A DNA stretch of 64,000 bases from Takakia lepidozioides (lineage: Eukaryota; Plantae; Bryophyta), in contig CM060732.1 of assembly GCA_030704615.1 (NCBI GenBank), forward strand, positions 79,670,001-79,734,000, written 5' to 3'. Positions 14,734 to 28,873 of this stretch are shown in pieces. The first letter of the stretch is position 1. Each line of letters begins with the position of its first letter. Made by a program: the position numbers and the translations under genes. Below the pieces are notes generated by a model that had not been told where the DNA came from, ran no database searches, and saw nothing but the letters and a program-made list of their open reading frames with translations.

Positions 14734-14742
14734 AAACCCTAA
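14734..14742. promoter_or_regulatory. Telo-box (AAACCCTAA) upstream of the JJJ1 start codon
   Basis: Exact motif about 230 bp upstream of the ATG. Telo-boxes are typical of plant translation and ribosome-biogenesis genes. Confidence 0.45.
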
Positions 14743-16090
14743 TACAGAAAAGCCTCCCTCTCTCGCTCCCCCGCCCTCCCTCCATGCACAAGGCTCACTG
14801 AAACCACTAACCCTAAAAGGATGGACATGCTTCGACGAACGACAAATATGGACGAACATGTGAATAGAAACGAACGTACTCTCTTGGACGAAATCTGTCT
14901 TCCGTCTAAGAATTGTGGATGAACGTAAGTAGCTAGATGAGAGAAGTATTTCATTCGTCCATGATAATCCAAAGACAAATCTGATAGCTTATCTTACAGT
15001 TTAATTATAAAAACCGTTGCAGAAAAATACGGCCCCGTGTCCTGGACTTGCCTTTTGGGCTCCTTCCCTTTCACACGGCTCCACACGGGGGCTATCCGGT
15101 CGTCACAGTGTAGAATGACCATTCTAGCCGGTCGTCGCTGGGGGAGCTCCGAGGAGCGACGGGTGATTACCGGTGGGCACTTGTAGCGCGCGGCTCCCTT
15201 GTTGCTCTATGGATCTCAGAGTCTCTTGTCTCTAGTCTCTACTTTGAGCTCTGTGTGTCTCTCTGATTCTGTGTCTGTGATGACACGGAAGGGAAGTGTG
15301 TAATGAGGAGGCGGAGAGGATTTTCCTTAGCACTGAGAAAACGGACCACTTTTTGGTAATGAGGAGACGGATATTTTGTTTTTCTGCTATTCATGTTCTG
15401 TATTCCTTGGATCTTGGGACTTCCCGAGGACAGTATCTCTCTCTCTCTCTGTGGTAAATTCCAAACCTTGCCTTTCCGTTCCTGCACTATCCCGAACACT
15501 ATGCCTGGACTTTGCAGGGCATGTGGCGGCATGGAGACGGTGTGGTTGTGGAATGCAAGGGGATTTTATCGTCAATTGTGGACTAGTAACTTTCGCTTCA
15601 GAGAAGTGCAACCACTAAATGTTACTAAAATGGTTGGTGTCATGTGTGCTCCGCGCATTCACAACACGTCACCTGAAGTTTATGCAACTCGTGGAGACCT
15701 CAGACACAGTGCAGCACATCTTCGTGTTGAAGAGTGTTGAAGAGAGTCCCGTCACTACATTCTTTGTGAGCAGCATGTGCTCAGAGCATCCGGATATAGC
15801 GGGCTTATTGATCGTCGTGTTTTCACAGAGCTGAAATAAAATTACGTTCTCAGCGACGACCATTTCCTCCCAACAAACTACAAAATGCTAGTCCTAATTC
15901 CTGGCGTAACACAGCCTAACATATGACACTAATAAGTACTTGCGGACCTCCTGTGACAGTCATAACATGCATCAACGCAGGATGGCAAGGTCTTGATTGA
16001 TCCGATCACTGAGTAGTCTCTACTAGTTTAAAGGACTCTGGTCAATTCAGGTAGGTTGTAGCACTTTGACGCCAAATCAGAACTGCAAAC

Positions 16091-19000
16091 ATGGAGCCCC
16101 ACGAGGCAGGATGCAGAGTGAAGGTGCACTTGAGAATGAGGCCCTCCTCGAAACTCTCGCCGGCCATTCACATTGACGAAGCCAATGGCACAGTCCGAAT
16201 CGATGTGCAGAAGCATCATGGCGGAGGGCCCCCGAAGAACTACAGCGACCAGATGGTGTTTTCTCTAGACAACATAATTCAGGTTAAAACCTATCCCGAG
16301 AAAATTCTCATAAACATTTGTTCCTGCCAGGCGAAGCTTGAATTCAGGGCAGTTTGTAGCTTGTGTTTGGTGCTCAAAGCCTTCCCAGTATGTTAGGCGT
16401 ATCTGTAGCTACATCTTGGACAGAGGAGTTGGAAGTGGTGTGCCTGGAAGGATCTTGCATGGGACAAATGAAACCTCTACCTATAGGACTTAATTTTGCT
16501 GGTTGGACTTGCATCATGTGACTTCTTCGTAGGGAGGTGAGTGCTAATACCGAGGGTGAGTCTGCATGGTCTGTCGGGTGTTTGCAGACAAACAATCAGG
16601 AAACTGTGTTTGAGTTGTGTGCTAGGCAAGTAGTGGAAGATGTGCTGGGCGGTTATAATGGCACCATTTTGGCATATGGTCAGACAGGATCCGGCAAAAC
16701 TCTTACCATGACTGGTGACACAAAGGTCACTTCTCTTCTGAAAACTTCTTATCAATTTCACCATTGCTGGACCCGATCAACAAACTGAAGGCTTATCCTG
16801 TCTAGAAACCTTGGGAATGCAAGTTTTTAAAGTACTTCAAGCTGTTGCCCTGACCTCTTGTTGATTCTGATTTTATGGAGAAGTTATACCTCAGCCTCTA
16901 AAACCATTGCCGGTTCCCTAACCCTAGTTAGTAGCTCAGACCTTTCCCACATAAGTGCCCTGGCCTGTGGTCTGTAATTCATCTCGTGGCAGACATGAAT
17001 GGCTGGATTTTAAGGTGACCTAACAGGGAAATTTATAGAAGAGCAAAGTTTTTGGTCTGGCTTTTGTCATTATTGTCACTTTCACACCAAGGTACAACAT
17101 TATAGTGACAGGTTGTCGTGCAGGTCTATGCACAAAGGGGGATTGTGCCCAGGGCAGTTCATCGAATTTTTGAGGAGAAGGAGATGAAACCTGAATCTGG
17201 CATTACTGTACACATGTCCTATCTTGAAGTGTACAATGAGGTGTGTCTCCCATTTTGGGCAACGATTCTCTGTCTAATATATTTCTCAAAGCCAAACCAG
17301 TTATTGCAGTTCTTTCATGCAACCATCGTGTGTGCTGCCTCTGCAAGTTTGAGTGTGTGAGTGTGCTGGACTACAGTAGTACTTGAGCCACACAGATTTA
17401 TGTGACAAAATCTGCTCTAAGGGATGAGGTTGAAACTTCTTACCATGATGTACCAGTGATCTCCTGTAGCTGAATCGGACGTAGACATTAGGAAAGGACA
17501 CACTGGTCCCAGCCACTTGCTACCTTGTAGAGGTTTAAGGAATCAGCTGAAGCTTTCCTGCAGTACAAGTCACCAGGCTAGTCCAGTCAGATATGCATGT
17601 TTTTTCATTTTTTGTCAGATATGCATATCAAGCTCCTTTTAAGCGAGGGATCGCATTGATTTTGCATAGAGTGGGCTGTCAGGGCCTAGGTGGCCACACT
17701 TTGCAAAACCCCCCGTTTGCTAGTGGGCGGCCCTGGAGTGCCCTCCACTGAAAATGAAATAGAAAATGTCAAGGGATCGCCATAGCACTTGGGCAGCATT
17801 GCTCTCCAGGTACCGAGTCCCAGAACTTTTGGTCCTCCATCACTCACTCAATAGGGTATGATATCATTAGTAGGCAGATGTGGAACAAATTTCGTGATCC
17901 TCAACGAAGTAGGCTGCAAGGAGGTTAGTGAGATGCCTTCTCTGGCTTCTGGGTGGCAAATTTGTCTCCCACTGTTTTTACTTCTGCTTAGTCCTGAAGT
18001 GGGTGAGAAGGGTGCACGAGACAGGGAATTTACGACCTTCTGCCAAGGAAAACAGGAGCACCAGCAGGTTGCCTTATGGCTATGGAGGAGAATGGTCTTG
18101 TGGAGATCAAGGGATTGACAAAGGTAGCAGTGGCGAATGAGGAGGAAACCCTTAAACTATTTTTGGAAGGCGAGAAGAACAGATCTGTTGCCCCTCATAC
18201 CCTCAATCAGGTCTGTAAGTTGGCGATTTTGAAGTTTATACTCTCTGTGACACATAGGATGAATTAATGAAGTCACCAACGAGCTAAGATGTACCGGCCG
18301 ATATAGATACCATCTATCAACTGGATGGCAACATCTTAAGATTATTTTGCATATGGAGGAAATGTGGTCTTGTAATTGGAGATTGCGTGCACTTCACCAC
18401 ATACTCCAAAGGAAGTCTTAATGTTGATTTGTTGTTGGTTCCTCAACCTACCATACGGTCACACATCTACCAATCATGTAAAAAAATTCTCTAATATGTG
18501 GATAGCTTCTCCCAAAGAACCATCCCTTACCTTCTTGCTTAACTCTCAAGATGCACTGATGGGATGAACCCATTTAAACTTCGTGTTAAACATATTATCC
18601 TTGTCTTGGTATGCAGTTCAAACTTAATTAATATCCAATGCTAACAGCTGTCAAGCAGGTCCCATTGTGTGCTTACATTGTATGTTGAGCGACGTGCGGG
18701 AGTCATGAGGACATGGCAGGATGTGACAGTGGCAAAGCTGAATCTGGTGGATTTAGCCGGCTCTGAACGTTTGAAACGAACAGATGTGGGAGGCCAGACA
18801 AAGAAGGAGGCCATGTCAATCAATAAGTCCCTCACATTCCTTGAGCAGGTATGCCACATCAAGCCATAGCATGTCTGTCTGGTGAGCCTCCTGTGGACAC
18901 TATAAATTTCTGTCATTTTGTCTCCCTTTAGTAGTTCACTAGGAAACTCTATCATGACCTTTGGGATGGTTTGTCCTTCCCTTGTCCTGGTGGTGGTTAT

Positions 19001-22000
19001 TCCACGTTGACCAAAGTGGATGTTATAAAGTTTCTTTGATTTGTTCTTTCTCTCTTTCTTAGTATGTACACCCACAAGCTACAGCAATCAACCAGTACCA
19101 TCTCTCAGCATGTATGTACATGTGTAAGTATCTGCATATGGCCTTCTTCTGCCGTTACTTCAGAGAAAGCCACACCATCATTCCTGTGGCTATTTGTGGA
19201 ATCGGGCTCTCTTGTTAAATCAACCCTGACATGAAAGGTTGGTGGGGTGCAGGCGGTGTATGCTCTGAGACAAGGCCAAGGCCATGTCCCATTCCGACAG
19301 AGCCGACTCACCACTCTTCTCAAGGATGCCCTGGGTGGCAATTGCAAAACTGTATTGATTGTGTGTGCATGGCCAGAAGACTACTTCTTGGATGAGACGG
19401 TAATTCTGCAGCACCTCTAGGGAGAAGCTGATGACTTCTCCATATTGGTTTTTGTACTCGTAATCTTGTTCACACAGCATCGAACCCTTCAAGCAATTGG
19501 GGGTTACTTCTTTCTTGATGATCCTGAAAAGGTGCTGCATTTTAATCTTGAAGGCCAGGTTCCTCATGCTTGGGTATATTAGTCATGCCAGCAGTCTCAA
19601 TTCTTCTCTCCAGACTGTTACAGATTTGTTATCATTTCTTGTCATTGAAGCCTTCTACTAGCAGATAGTGGGCAATTTCATCCACAGCAACATCCAAATG
19701 TATTTCTATTGACCATAAAATGTGTCGAACATAAAAAACCTTGAAAAACAAGAGGCTACCATTGACAATTTCCAGAGTATCCTTTCTTCTGTTCCTAGAT
19801 TCACTGGCAACTGCTTAGAGGAACTTCGTCCACCTTCCAAACGGAAGGCAGGAGTTCTTTGGTGTGAAGATACGCCATAATTTACACTCGCTTCAGCAGG
19901 AGTCCACCTTTTCTTCCGTTTTGAAGTAGAGGAACTTCAGTCCTAGGAGCAATGGTTTGGCAGTTCACAGTGAGAGGAGCAGACGGAAATCCCTGCCACC
20001 CTGAGAGGAAGAATTGTAAGTTGATAAATTAGAAAGATTCTTAACCTCTGGCCATAGGGCTCACCTTTTTTTTGTTATACTTTGGCTTCTGCCTAAAGAA
20101 TGGAAGGGTGAAAACTCATCCGAGTTTTTGTTTCTGAGGCACCCAGTGTACATAATGGGAGACGTGGGGAACTCATGCGAACCCCCACTCGAACTCAAAC
20201 TCTTGAGAAAGTTGGGTTGATAATCTGGATTCTGGAACACATAACCACAGTTGACCAGGCCAAAGGGGCTGCCAATTCTTACTCTATATTACTAGATATA
20301 AGCAGGTACAGGTATCTCGATGCAGTCATCTTGATGACACTGTGACATGCACAGATAAGTACACTGAGGTTTGCGCAGCGTGTCAAGTTTCTCAAAACAA
20401 GTGCAGTAATTAACAAAAAGATGGACCACGCAAGCAATGAGAGGTTCTTCTTACAAGCTCCACACGATCTATTCATATGCTTGGATTCTGAGAAAGCTAG
20501 CTTGAAATAAAAAATTGTTGACTGCAAACAACTAATAATTACTTGTCAGGTGAAGAACAGCTTTTTCATGTACAAGTTTGGTTCTTGCTTATACTTTTCC
20601 AAGTTCAACACCCTTAGGTTGCCACTCAAAAGGGTGCATGTCTATGTGTGGATGTATCTGAGAAAGACAGAAGATAGAACCTCTGTAACATCCATAGGAG
20701 GCCAGAGAAAGAAGAAAGATGGATAGTCTATCTCTTAGGTCAAAGTGACAGAAGTAGAACAACTGAGAGACACAGAGAGAAAGAGAAAGTGGGAAACTTC
20801 ATAATGTCCACAGAGTCCCCCAAGGGCCCATTGGACAAAGTAGCAACAAGAAACCCTGATCAAAATACACAAAACGATGCCAGAAACTTGGGCACATCAA
20901 TGTCTTGCCTGTTTTGATTTGAATGCGCTTTTTGGGTGATCTAAATTCTTGCCATACACCAAAACCCTGAAACAAGAAGAGAGGAGCAGTTGGAGGAAAA
21001 CTGGAGTCTTTCTGATGTTGTGACAGGCGATACGTGAGAGAGATTTCAGACCTGAAGCAGGAGTTGGCCCTAAGGGATGCTCTTACTGGTCGTGCCAACA
21101 TCTGCTATGATGAGTTGACGTAAGTTGGCTCAATTTGTCCCAAAGATGGGAAGTTTAACGCTGACTGTGTGCCAGTGTTTGCTGGGACTCCTTTCCTGGG
21201 TAGTTGCTGCTGAGAAGCTCTGAAAACAAATGTACATGCTTTTTTGTACCAAATGACTCACCATGCCAGCAATATGTTTGAAGAACTCAAATCAATTTGA
21301 AATGTTTTGAGTAGCTTTTTGGCGACTGTCGGGCAATCATGTTTATCTGTTAGTGTTGTAGTTGCTACTTTAACTGAATGCAAAGGGTCAATAAACAGCT
21401 TATTTAATTGGATTTACCTTATCTTCTAGACATCCGTTTGAGTGCCTTACAAAGCCCCATTTCCTCAGCTATTAGGGCAAGTATAACTGACAACCAGATA
21501 GTTAATGAAATTTACCTTTTGTCTCACTTAAACAACTCTGATGTTTGGAGATGTTTGGATATAAGTAACAGAGTGATTTGCAGGATATGGCTGGCCATAA
21601 GTGTCTTGGAATGAAAGGACACAGCACAATTCATGTCTGTCGACCACAAACTTCTCCAGTCATTGTTAGACATTGTTCACTGCTCCTCCACCCATCACAT
21701 GACTTTTTTCAACCTATCAACCATGTTGTGTAGGAATGGTCACCCTCTCAGAGCCAGTTTTGGCTTTTCACACATCAGGTTCATGTTGGGAATGTGTGGG
21801 TGGTTGCAGGGAAGAAATGAGAGCTGAGCTTCGGGATAGGATTCAAGCCTTTCTTTCGGATGAAGGAGAGATTGACAACATCCCCATTGAAAACTTCAAA
21901 CAGGTACACAGAGGTAGAACACAATTTGGCTGCTTGCACGAAGACAGACGAGACAGAGAGAGAGTTGATGGACAGGTTGACAGGTAAATGTTGAACATTG

Positions 22001-25000
22001 GTCCAGACATAGCACTGAGGGTCCAGTGCCTGCAGGATATTAAACCTCCCAGAGCTGGTTCTGGGGACTTACCCCACCGTGCTGGGAAAGTTAGCCTGAA
22101 TCTTCCATAGAATTAAGGGCTGCATGGGCATTGTACCTTAATATAGATGTGGTATGTGTGACTGTGGTTGCATAACCAGTGGCGCTGGTAATGAATGGCC
22201 AGTATGTACTTGTCTTCTTGGAGAAATGTGATCATGTGGCTTTGATTACATTGTCAAGCAGTCATTAGGGATCAGATTGAGAAAGAAAGAAAGAATATAA
22301 AAAGGAACAAACCTTAGTTTCACCATGGAAGGGCCATGGGACCAAGCAAAAGTGCAAGGGAGAACTAAAATAACTCCAAAAGACCCCAAACATCACACGG
22401 AGAAAGACCACCTCACGCAGGTCGGCTGCCGAGCACTTCTATCCACAAAGCTGGAGGCCTTGTTTGTTTGAGACAAAAATAAAAAGAAACAGCTGAACAC
22501 CTCTGCCTAGGATGAGGTGTGTCTGAAGAGGCAGCTGTATCTGCTCCTTGGTCAAAGTTGAACATATTGGTAGGACATGTGGAAGGTGTGACTGGAGGTA
22601 GTTCAGGTTAGGTTAAATTCCAGGTACGACAAAAGATACTATGCACTCCATTCACATGCAAAGCAGTCATAGTTTGCAGTAGCATTATGCAGATCTCTCT
22701 GGCATTATCTCAGCTATATTTCGTGTTAAAGGGTAGCCAGTTTCCATATTCAAAGTATGTGGAAAACACCACGAATGCTTTAGTTACAACTGAAAACTGA
22801 CATGGTAGGATAGATGGAATGTGATGGTGGACATGTGTTCAGGTGAAGGAGTTATTCTGCCTTTTTAAGGAGGCTCAGCTCTCCCTTCGTGCTGAGGTAC
22901 GTTTCTATACACAAACTAGTGGTCCCCATTAGAGAGCTCTGGAGCCAGTTGGATGCAAATAGTGTTGGATAACTTTCATCCAGCTCAGTTGATGGAGACC
23001 TGCACCTCTATACCCCCTCATGCACACAAAGGTACACAAGGCACCGGGTGAAGGTGGGGAGTTAAGAATTAAGATATGCACACTGTGCACTGGGAAGGAT
23101 GCAGCTGGAGAAGTTGCTGCAGGATTATGGAGGTGACCCAGAAACAAAGGAGAGAGGTCAGCTTGAAGGCTTTGGTGTTGGTGAGGATAAGGCTCAGGTA
23201 TCTTTATGCTCTCTCCATCCGTTGCTGTGTTTGAATTTGGGGGAGAGAAGCAGCAGTTGCATGGTTACCAATTTCACATTTCGGTTGGTTCAAACTTGAT
23301 GTTTCCAAGGCCATGCCAGTTGATAATTCCTTCGTTGAAGGTTTTCTCTAAAGGCCTCTTTTTATAACATTTCTTAAGACTGCGGTGAATCTTCCATCAC
23401 CAAGAGTCACTGATATTCCCCGGGGGGTTTGAACTCCAAAGTGAGTCAATGACTGTATGGTAATTCAAGCACTAATAACTGCATCTGGAACAAGAACAAA
23501 TCTGTTATATTGCCGCAGGCCAATTCTCACACCACTGCTGGCCTAAACGTGCTTGTTTAGGCAGATGGTAATTTGATGGTTTGAATGGGGTTGGCAGGAC
23601 CTTCATGTGGGCACTGCCCCACCTGATGCGAGACCAGACAGTCCAGAGATGGCAGCTGGCTTGAACCCTCAGTTTAAGCAATGTAACCTATCCATGGTGG
23701 ACTACAAGGAAAATGAGACACCCATCGGCTCATGGGAATGTGACAGCGAACTCAGAAACGAAGTACTCTTTCTGACCTAAAACAAAAGTAGCCTGGGGTG
23801 GAAACAGAAACTTTCATGGTATATTGTGGACCAGAAACTCAGGAAAATGGTACATGAACAAATCATGCATGGGTGTGTGGTGGCTCCTGCTTTAGAAGCA
23901 TAGGAAAAGCTATCAAATCTTGCCTTCCATTTTTCCTCATCCGTAATTTGCGGATGCAGGCATTTGTGGAGTTTAGGCACAGTACAGCAGAGGGGAAGGA
24001 GCGAGAGTCCATGCTTACAAGCAAGCACTCGGAACACGGGTATGAATTGCCACAAAGGTATGTGTTTGTGGGCCACCCTGTGCTCTTGAGAATCCAGCAG
24101 TTACAACAAAGCAGTCGCACACATGAATGACCAGATCAATATTGGAATCTAAACAGAGAGGAGAGAAGGTTCTAGTTAAATTATAGACCCTGGATGATAA
24201 CAAGAAATGTCAATCTCAAACACATGCAACTGCGTAAAAAGTCATGGCTTGAACTGAACATCTTTCTCTGGGGTCACACGATGATCTCTGTCAAATCGCA
24301 AGCGCCCACTGATTGAATCAGGAAACTTGAATATAAAACGAAATGATGGGATGTGTAACGAGCTCTCTTATTTGTATTTATGCAAGAGCAGACAGTTATT
24401 GACAAATGTTTTGGTGCTAGTGGTGTCGATAGCAGTAAGAAGCGATGTGCTCGTGACATTTGTGCCTGTGTCAATGAAGCAAAGCAAGAAATCCAGGAGA
24501 TCAAGGTAAGCAGTACAAACCGAAACCTGAGCACTAATCTCTCCCTAATCCTGATAGCTCAACTTGGAGGAAGTGGCTAGCTTTGCGGACTGAGTTATGT
24601 ATCCAAATACTGTGATTACACCTTTGTATACTACGCAACTACTTCAACAGCCTCTGAAGGGTTTTCCTTATTGAACTACTGCCAGTTGTCAAGAGCTTTG
24701 CAGCTTGCCTCAAATTTTCATTACTTCAACTCTGCTCATGACAGCTTAATCCGGCAACAACTGGGCTGTAAAATGAATTCTGATGCAAGGTGATAAAAGG
24801 ATCTGAATGTTACAGGGTGCCGGGAGAATTTCAACACTTCAAAATATTGACTCTACACCTGATGTGCAGAAGTTGCTGGAGGAAGGGACGGCAGACAGGA
24901 ATGGCAGGCCTGATAGTGCAGGCATGGATGAAATACTTGACAACAGCAAGATGCAGATCACAAACAGGTGCATTCTGGCTCTTTCAATGGAGGTGATTTC

Positions 25001-26188
25001 GATTTGTAGGTGTAATTCCCTTCCAGAAGGTTTTTTTGCTTTTTCCTGTGGCTGCAGAAAGCACTGTCAAATGAAGAAAATTTCATTTATTGGAGCACCT
25101 TGGAAAGACTACAAATTTGATTGTGGCTGCAGGTTGTACTACCAGAAAAGCCTGAGCCTTCCTCTTTTTGTCTAGTTACGAGTCATCTCTATGTTCGATC
25201 TATGATCCTCAGCTCAAAGTAGAGAAGAGTAAGAGGTAGAGGAAATTAAGATTGGTGGGGTCAGTTGTGTGCATGGCCCCAGGTTCAAGGTGGTGAAGTC
25301 TGCATATCAAAAGGCCTTCAATGAGCTCAAGGACGTGAAAGGCAACCTTGAGACTCTCCAACAAGAGGTGATAATCTAAAGTACCATCTTTTGGCATTGT
25401 TAACTGGCCCTTCAATGTGTCGTGTACGTCCTCCAAAAAGCATCTCTTATATTCCTCTTCTGACCAGATCCACATGTTCAAAGTTTAGTTCTGGTACTGT
25501 TAGAGGTTAAGTCCAATCTGCCAAGATGGTAAGGGTGTGTATACCTTGGCAGTTGGATACTCTGCAATATATTTGCTCATCCGCATCTTGGTCGACCTAC
25601 AGAGGCCAACAACTTGATTTCAGGTAGACACACTGTCTTAGAGCTGGAAGGGTCTTAGAACAGCCACAGAGATACCATAACGCTAAAGAGGACTACCATA
25701 TTAGGTGGTCACATCGACCTCAACGACAGAGCACGTGAGTCCAGGTCCTGCAGATTGGAAACTAGAAACGTCATAAATATTGCTGCATTTCTGACCGTCC
25801 TTTTTTATTTTGCACAAAGGTTGCCTTTTTTCACATGAAACAATCATGAGTGGTGGGAGTGGATTTTGCCTTCAAATAAAGATGATCCCAAGTTTTGATT
25901 CCAGTGATCCTATGGTACTACAGGGCCCAGGGACTACCATTAATTCCACCATGAGCCTTTCTGCAGAAGAATTCTTGACTAAACGGCCTTAGTGTCTGTC
26001 TTCAAACTGTTGTTGCCTCTTCAGTTTGTGGTTGAGGACTTTTGAGGGTGGTTGCATGGCAGGTAAGGGAGTGCAAGCAGAAACTACTAGAGTCATTCTA
26101 CAAATGGTTTGATACTGTCAGTATGTACAAAACCGGTGAAGACACGGATCGCTTAGCGACGGAGCGCTTCATGGCATCAGTGTCTTGA
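16091..26188 (+). CDS. Kinesin-9 family motor (KIF9/KIF6/KLP1-like), about 17 exons
   Basis: P-loop [17 protein letters not shown], switch I SSRSH, switch [13 protein letters not shown] and [26 protein letters not shown]6/9-type tail [20 protein letters not shown]...YDEL. The last exon (26063-26188) ends ...ERFMASVS*. Confidence 0.88.
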
Positions 26189-27219
26189 TTGTTCGAGCTA
26201 GGAGGCAGGTGATTTTGTCATTGTTCATTTTTTTATCTGGGCAAAAAACTTCTAGTCACTCACATCGTAGATGACAACTAGGGTTCTTGTTGCCCAATTC
26301 TTACCCTGCTGACTCGGAAAGCCCTAGGTACCCATGGCTGTGCCTGTTGGCGTGGTGAATCCCCTTCATGTCACCTCCAACATGGCCCTGTATCGATTTG
26401 AACAGGTGCTCACTAAATGTCCTCATTGTAGCGCCCTTAGAGCAGCTATGATGAACTTTGGTTTGTTGTGCATCTCAGTCACTTGTCTGAAGCACATTGT
26501 CTCAAGTCTCAACCCTGCCCAGCACATAGTCAAACAACTTGATTGACAGCAACCCACTTCTTCCTCCCATTTCCTGAGACGATTTCACTCTGAAATAACA
26601 GGTGATGATCCATGTCATGACCCCAGTTTCGATCTTGTGAATAGCAACTGTTATATTTGTAAAATTAATGATTGAAAATACAACTTGTTCACCAAGTTAT
26701 TATAACCCCCAGATATTGGCAGGAACCACCCATTACGTCTGCAATCAACTCTGCTATACATGGGTTGAATTTTGATGGGTTGGCGTAGGCCTATTGATAA
26801 CTCTTGTACTCATGCAACTGGCACGCAGTGATGTTCAGAGTTTGCAACATTGGTTTTCAATTGAAACAGAATTGGGACGTGAATAAGTAGAAAGTTGGTG
26901 AAAATTTTCTCTCAAATCAGTGAAGAACTAGGATCCTTTTAGAGCACCAACACTAATTAATACCATTTGGCTTCAAAGCCCCCATCTTGCACATGTGTTA
27001 GGGCCTCCAGACCAGGGCTTGAAATTCTCTCTCAAACCGTGCATGTTCGTTTACATAGACCAAAACACCGCTCGAAGGTTCAAATGTCTTGTAGGCCATA
27101 ATTCAAGTAGCCTCATAGGCAATGTACTCTCACAGTATCTGATGGAATTGCAGCTCTCTCCACACTGTCCCATGTTGCATTTGTCAAGGACTCCTAACAC
27201 AAACAAACAGAGTGGTCCA

Positions 27220-28547
27220 TGACACAAACCACCAGGGCTAGGGCCCCACGGTTCGGGACATCTCAACGTGACAAAACAAAAAACAAACAAACTAACTAAC
27301 TAACTGGCTTCCTTCATATTTTTAAGGGATACTAGGGTAGTCTGTGCCGTTGGCCCAAGTGTCAAGTGTCATCTATGTCCAAGTGCAATTTCCAGTGTGT
27401 CTCCTATTTCGAGGCCCAAGTGCAACCTCTAGGGTAGCCTGTGCCTTCGGCCTATGTGTGAAGAATTGAAATCTAAGACCAAGTGCAATTTCCTATGTAT
27501 CCTAGTGCGTCTCCTATGTCGAGGCCCAAATGAGACCTCTAGGGTAGCCTGTGCCATTGGCCCAAGTGTGCCAAGTTTCATCTAAGCCCAAGTGCAATCT
27601 CCTATATATCTATTTGCGTCAAGCAATTAGCAAGTGCAATCCCAAAGCCTACTTTGCTATTTTTGCAATCTCCCCTGTCGAGGCTTCATATATTGATATA
27701 TCCACTTTGCTATTTTTCGCAAATTTCCAGCGACCAAAAGTACTTGAAATTCCAAATCTCCCACGTGAAGGGCAAAAGTCCAAAGGCAATCCCCTATGTA
27801 TCAAAGTACTTCTCCTATGTCGAGGCCCAAATGCAACCTCTAGGGTAGCATTTGCCGTTGGGCCAAGTGTCCAATGTCATCTAAGTAAGTTTTCTTCCAT
27901 AGAGCCTACGACCAGTTGTGAACCGGAGACCTTTCCCTTGATATCTCTCCCGTCGAGGTTCCAAATCTCCCACGTGAAGGGCCAATCACTGCTCCAGGAA
28001 AACCCACTTTGCTATTTTTCTCGAATTTCCAGCGACCCAAAGTACTTAGAATTCCACATCTCCCACACCGCGGGTCCAAAAATCATGAGACCAAGCCGGT
28101 GCACCTCCTCATCGAGGGCTTTCCAACGGCACCAAGCCCCAGGGCTGGAGCCCGGCGGTTTAGGAGATCTCAACGACGCTACAAACAAACAAACAAAATC
28201 AAACAAAACAAACGTCTCGCTTCATATATTGACTAGGATAGCCTGTGTCGTTGGCCCAAGTGTCCAGTGTCATCTAAGTCCAAGTGTAAGATCTTCTATA
28301 TATCCCAGTGCGTCTCCTATGTTGAGGCCCAAGTGCGACCTCTAGGGTAGCATGTGCCTTTGGCCCATGTATGAAGAGTTGAAATCTAAGACCAAGTGCA
28401 ATTTCCTATGTATCCCAATGCGTCTCCTATGTCGAGGCCCAAGTGCGACCTCTAGTGTAGCCTATGCCGTTGGCCCATGAGTGAAGAATTGAAATCTAAC
28501 TCCATGTGCAATTTCCTACATATCCAAGTGCGTCTCAGTATGTGGAG
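27220..28547 (+). mobile_element. Non-coding repeat, putative non-autonomous Helitron/Helentron-like element (left part)
   Basis: Internal subrepeats GCGTCTCCTATGTCGAGGCCCAAGTGCRACCTCTAGGGTAGCC. End modules ...ATCTCAACG..ACAAA(CAAA)n..CTTCATAT at about 27260-27320 and 28170-28236 (followed by CTAG). The repeat continues after 57009. Classification is inference. Confidence 0.5.
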
Positions 28548-28873
28548 TGTGGAGCTCCAGATTCCATGGCGTTGCATATGCTCTCCTGTCAGTCCCTTGG
28601 ATGAAAAGCATGGGGTTGTTGGACATTAATGATAACAGGGACTATCTTTGGTTATGTGATTGTCCTACGTTAACAGTCACGAGATAAGCCAATCTGGAAA
28701 CTGAGCTGGCGGATGTGAGGTCTTGTAATCTGCATGTCCAATAAGAGTGTTGCATCTGGATCTCCAGATTAGCCTCTCCCGATTATTTAAATGAAGAGAT
28801 CATCAGGCTTAGGCAGGATGTTTTTGGTGTACAAACTGGTGCAGTGGATGTGTGAAGGACGTTGGATGAAACT
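28548..28873 (+). repeat. 5' LTR, left portion (continues at 49395-49551)
   Basis: Starts TGTGGAGCTCCAGATTCCATGGCG and matches 56525 onward. Broken at GATGAAACT by element A. Confidence 0.93.

Noticed and set aside
27551-28345. 264-aa ORF
   Set aside because: It lies wholly within a non-coding subrepeat array and has no recognisable protein motif.
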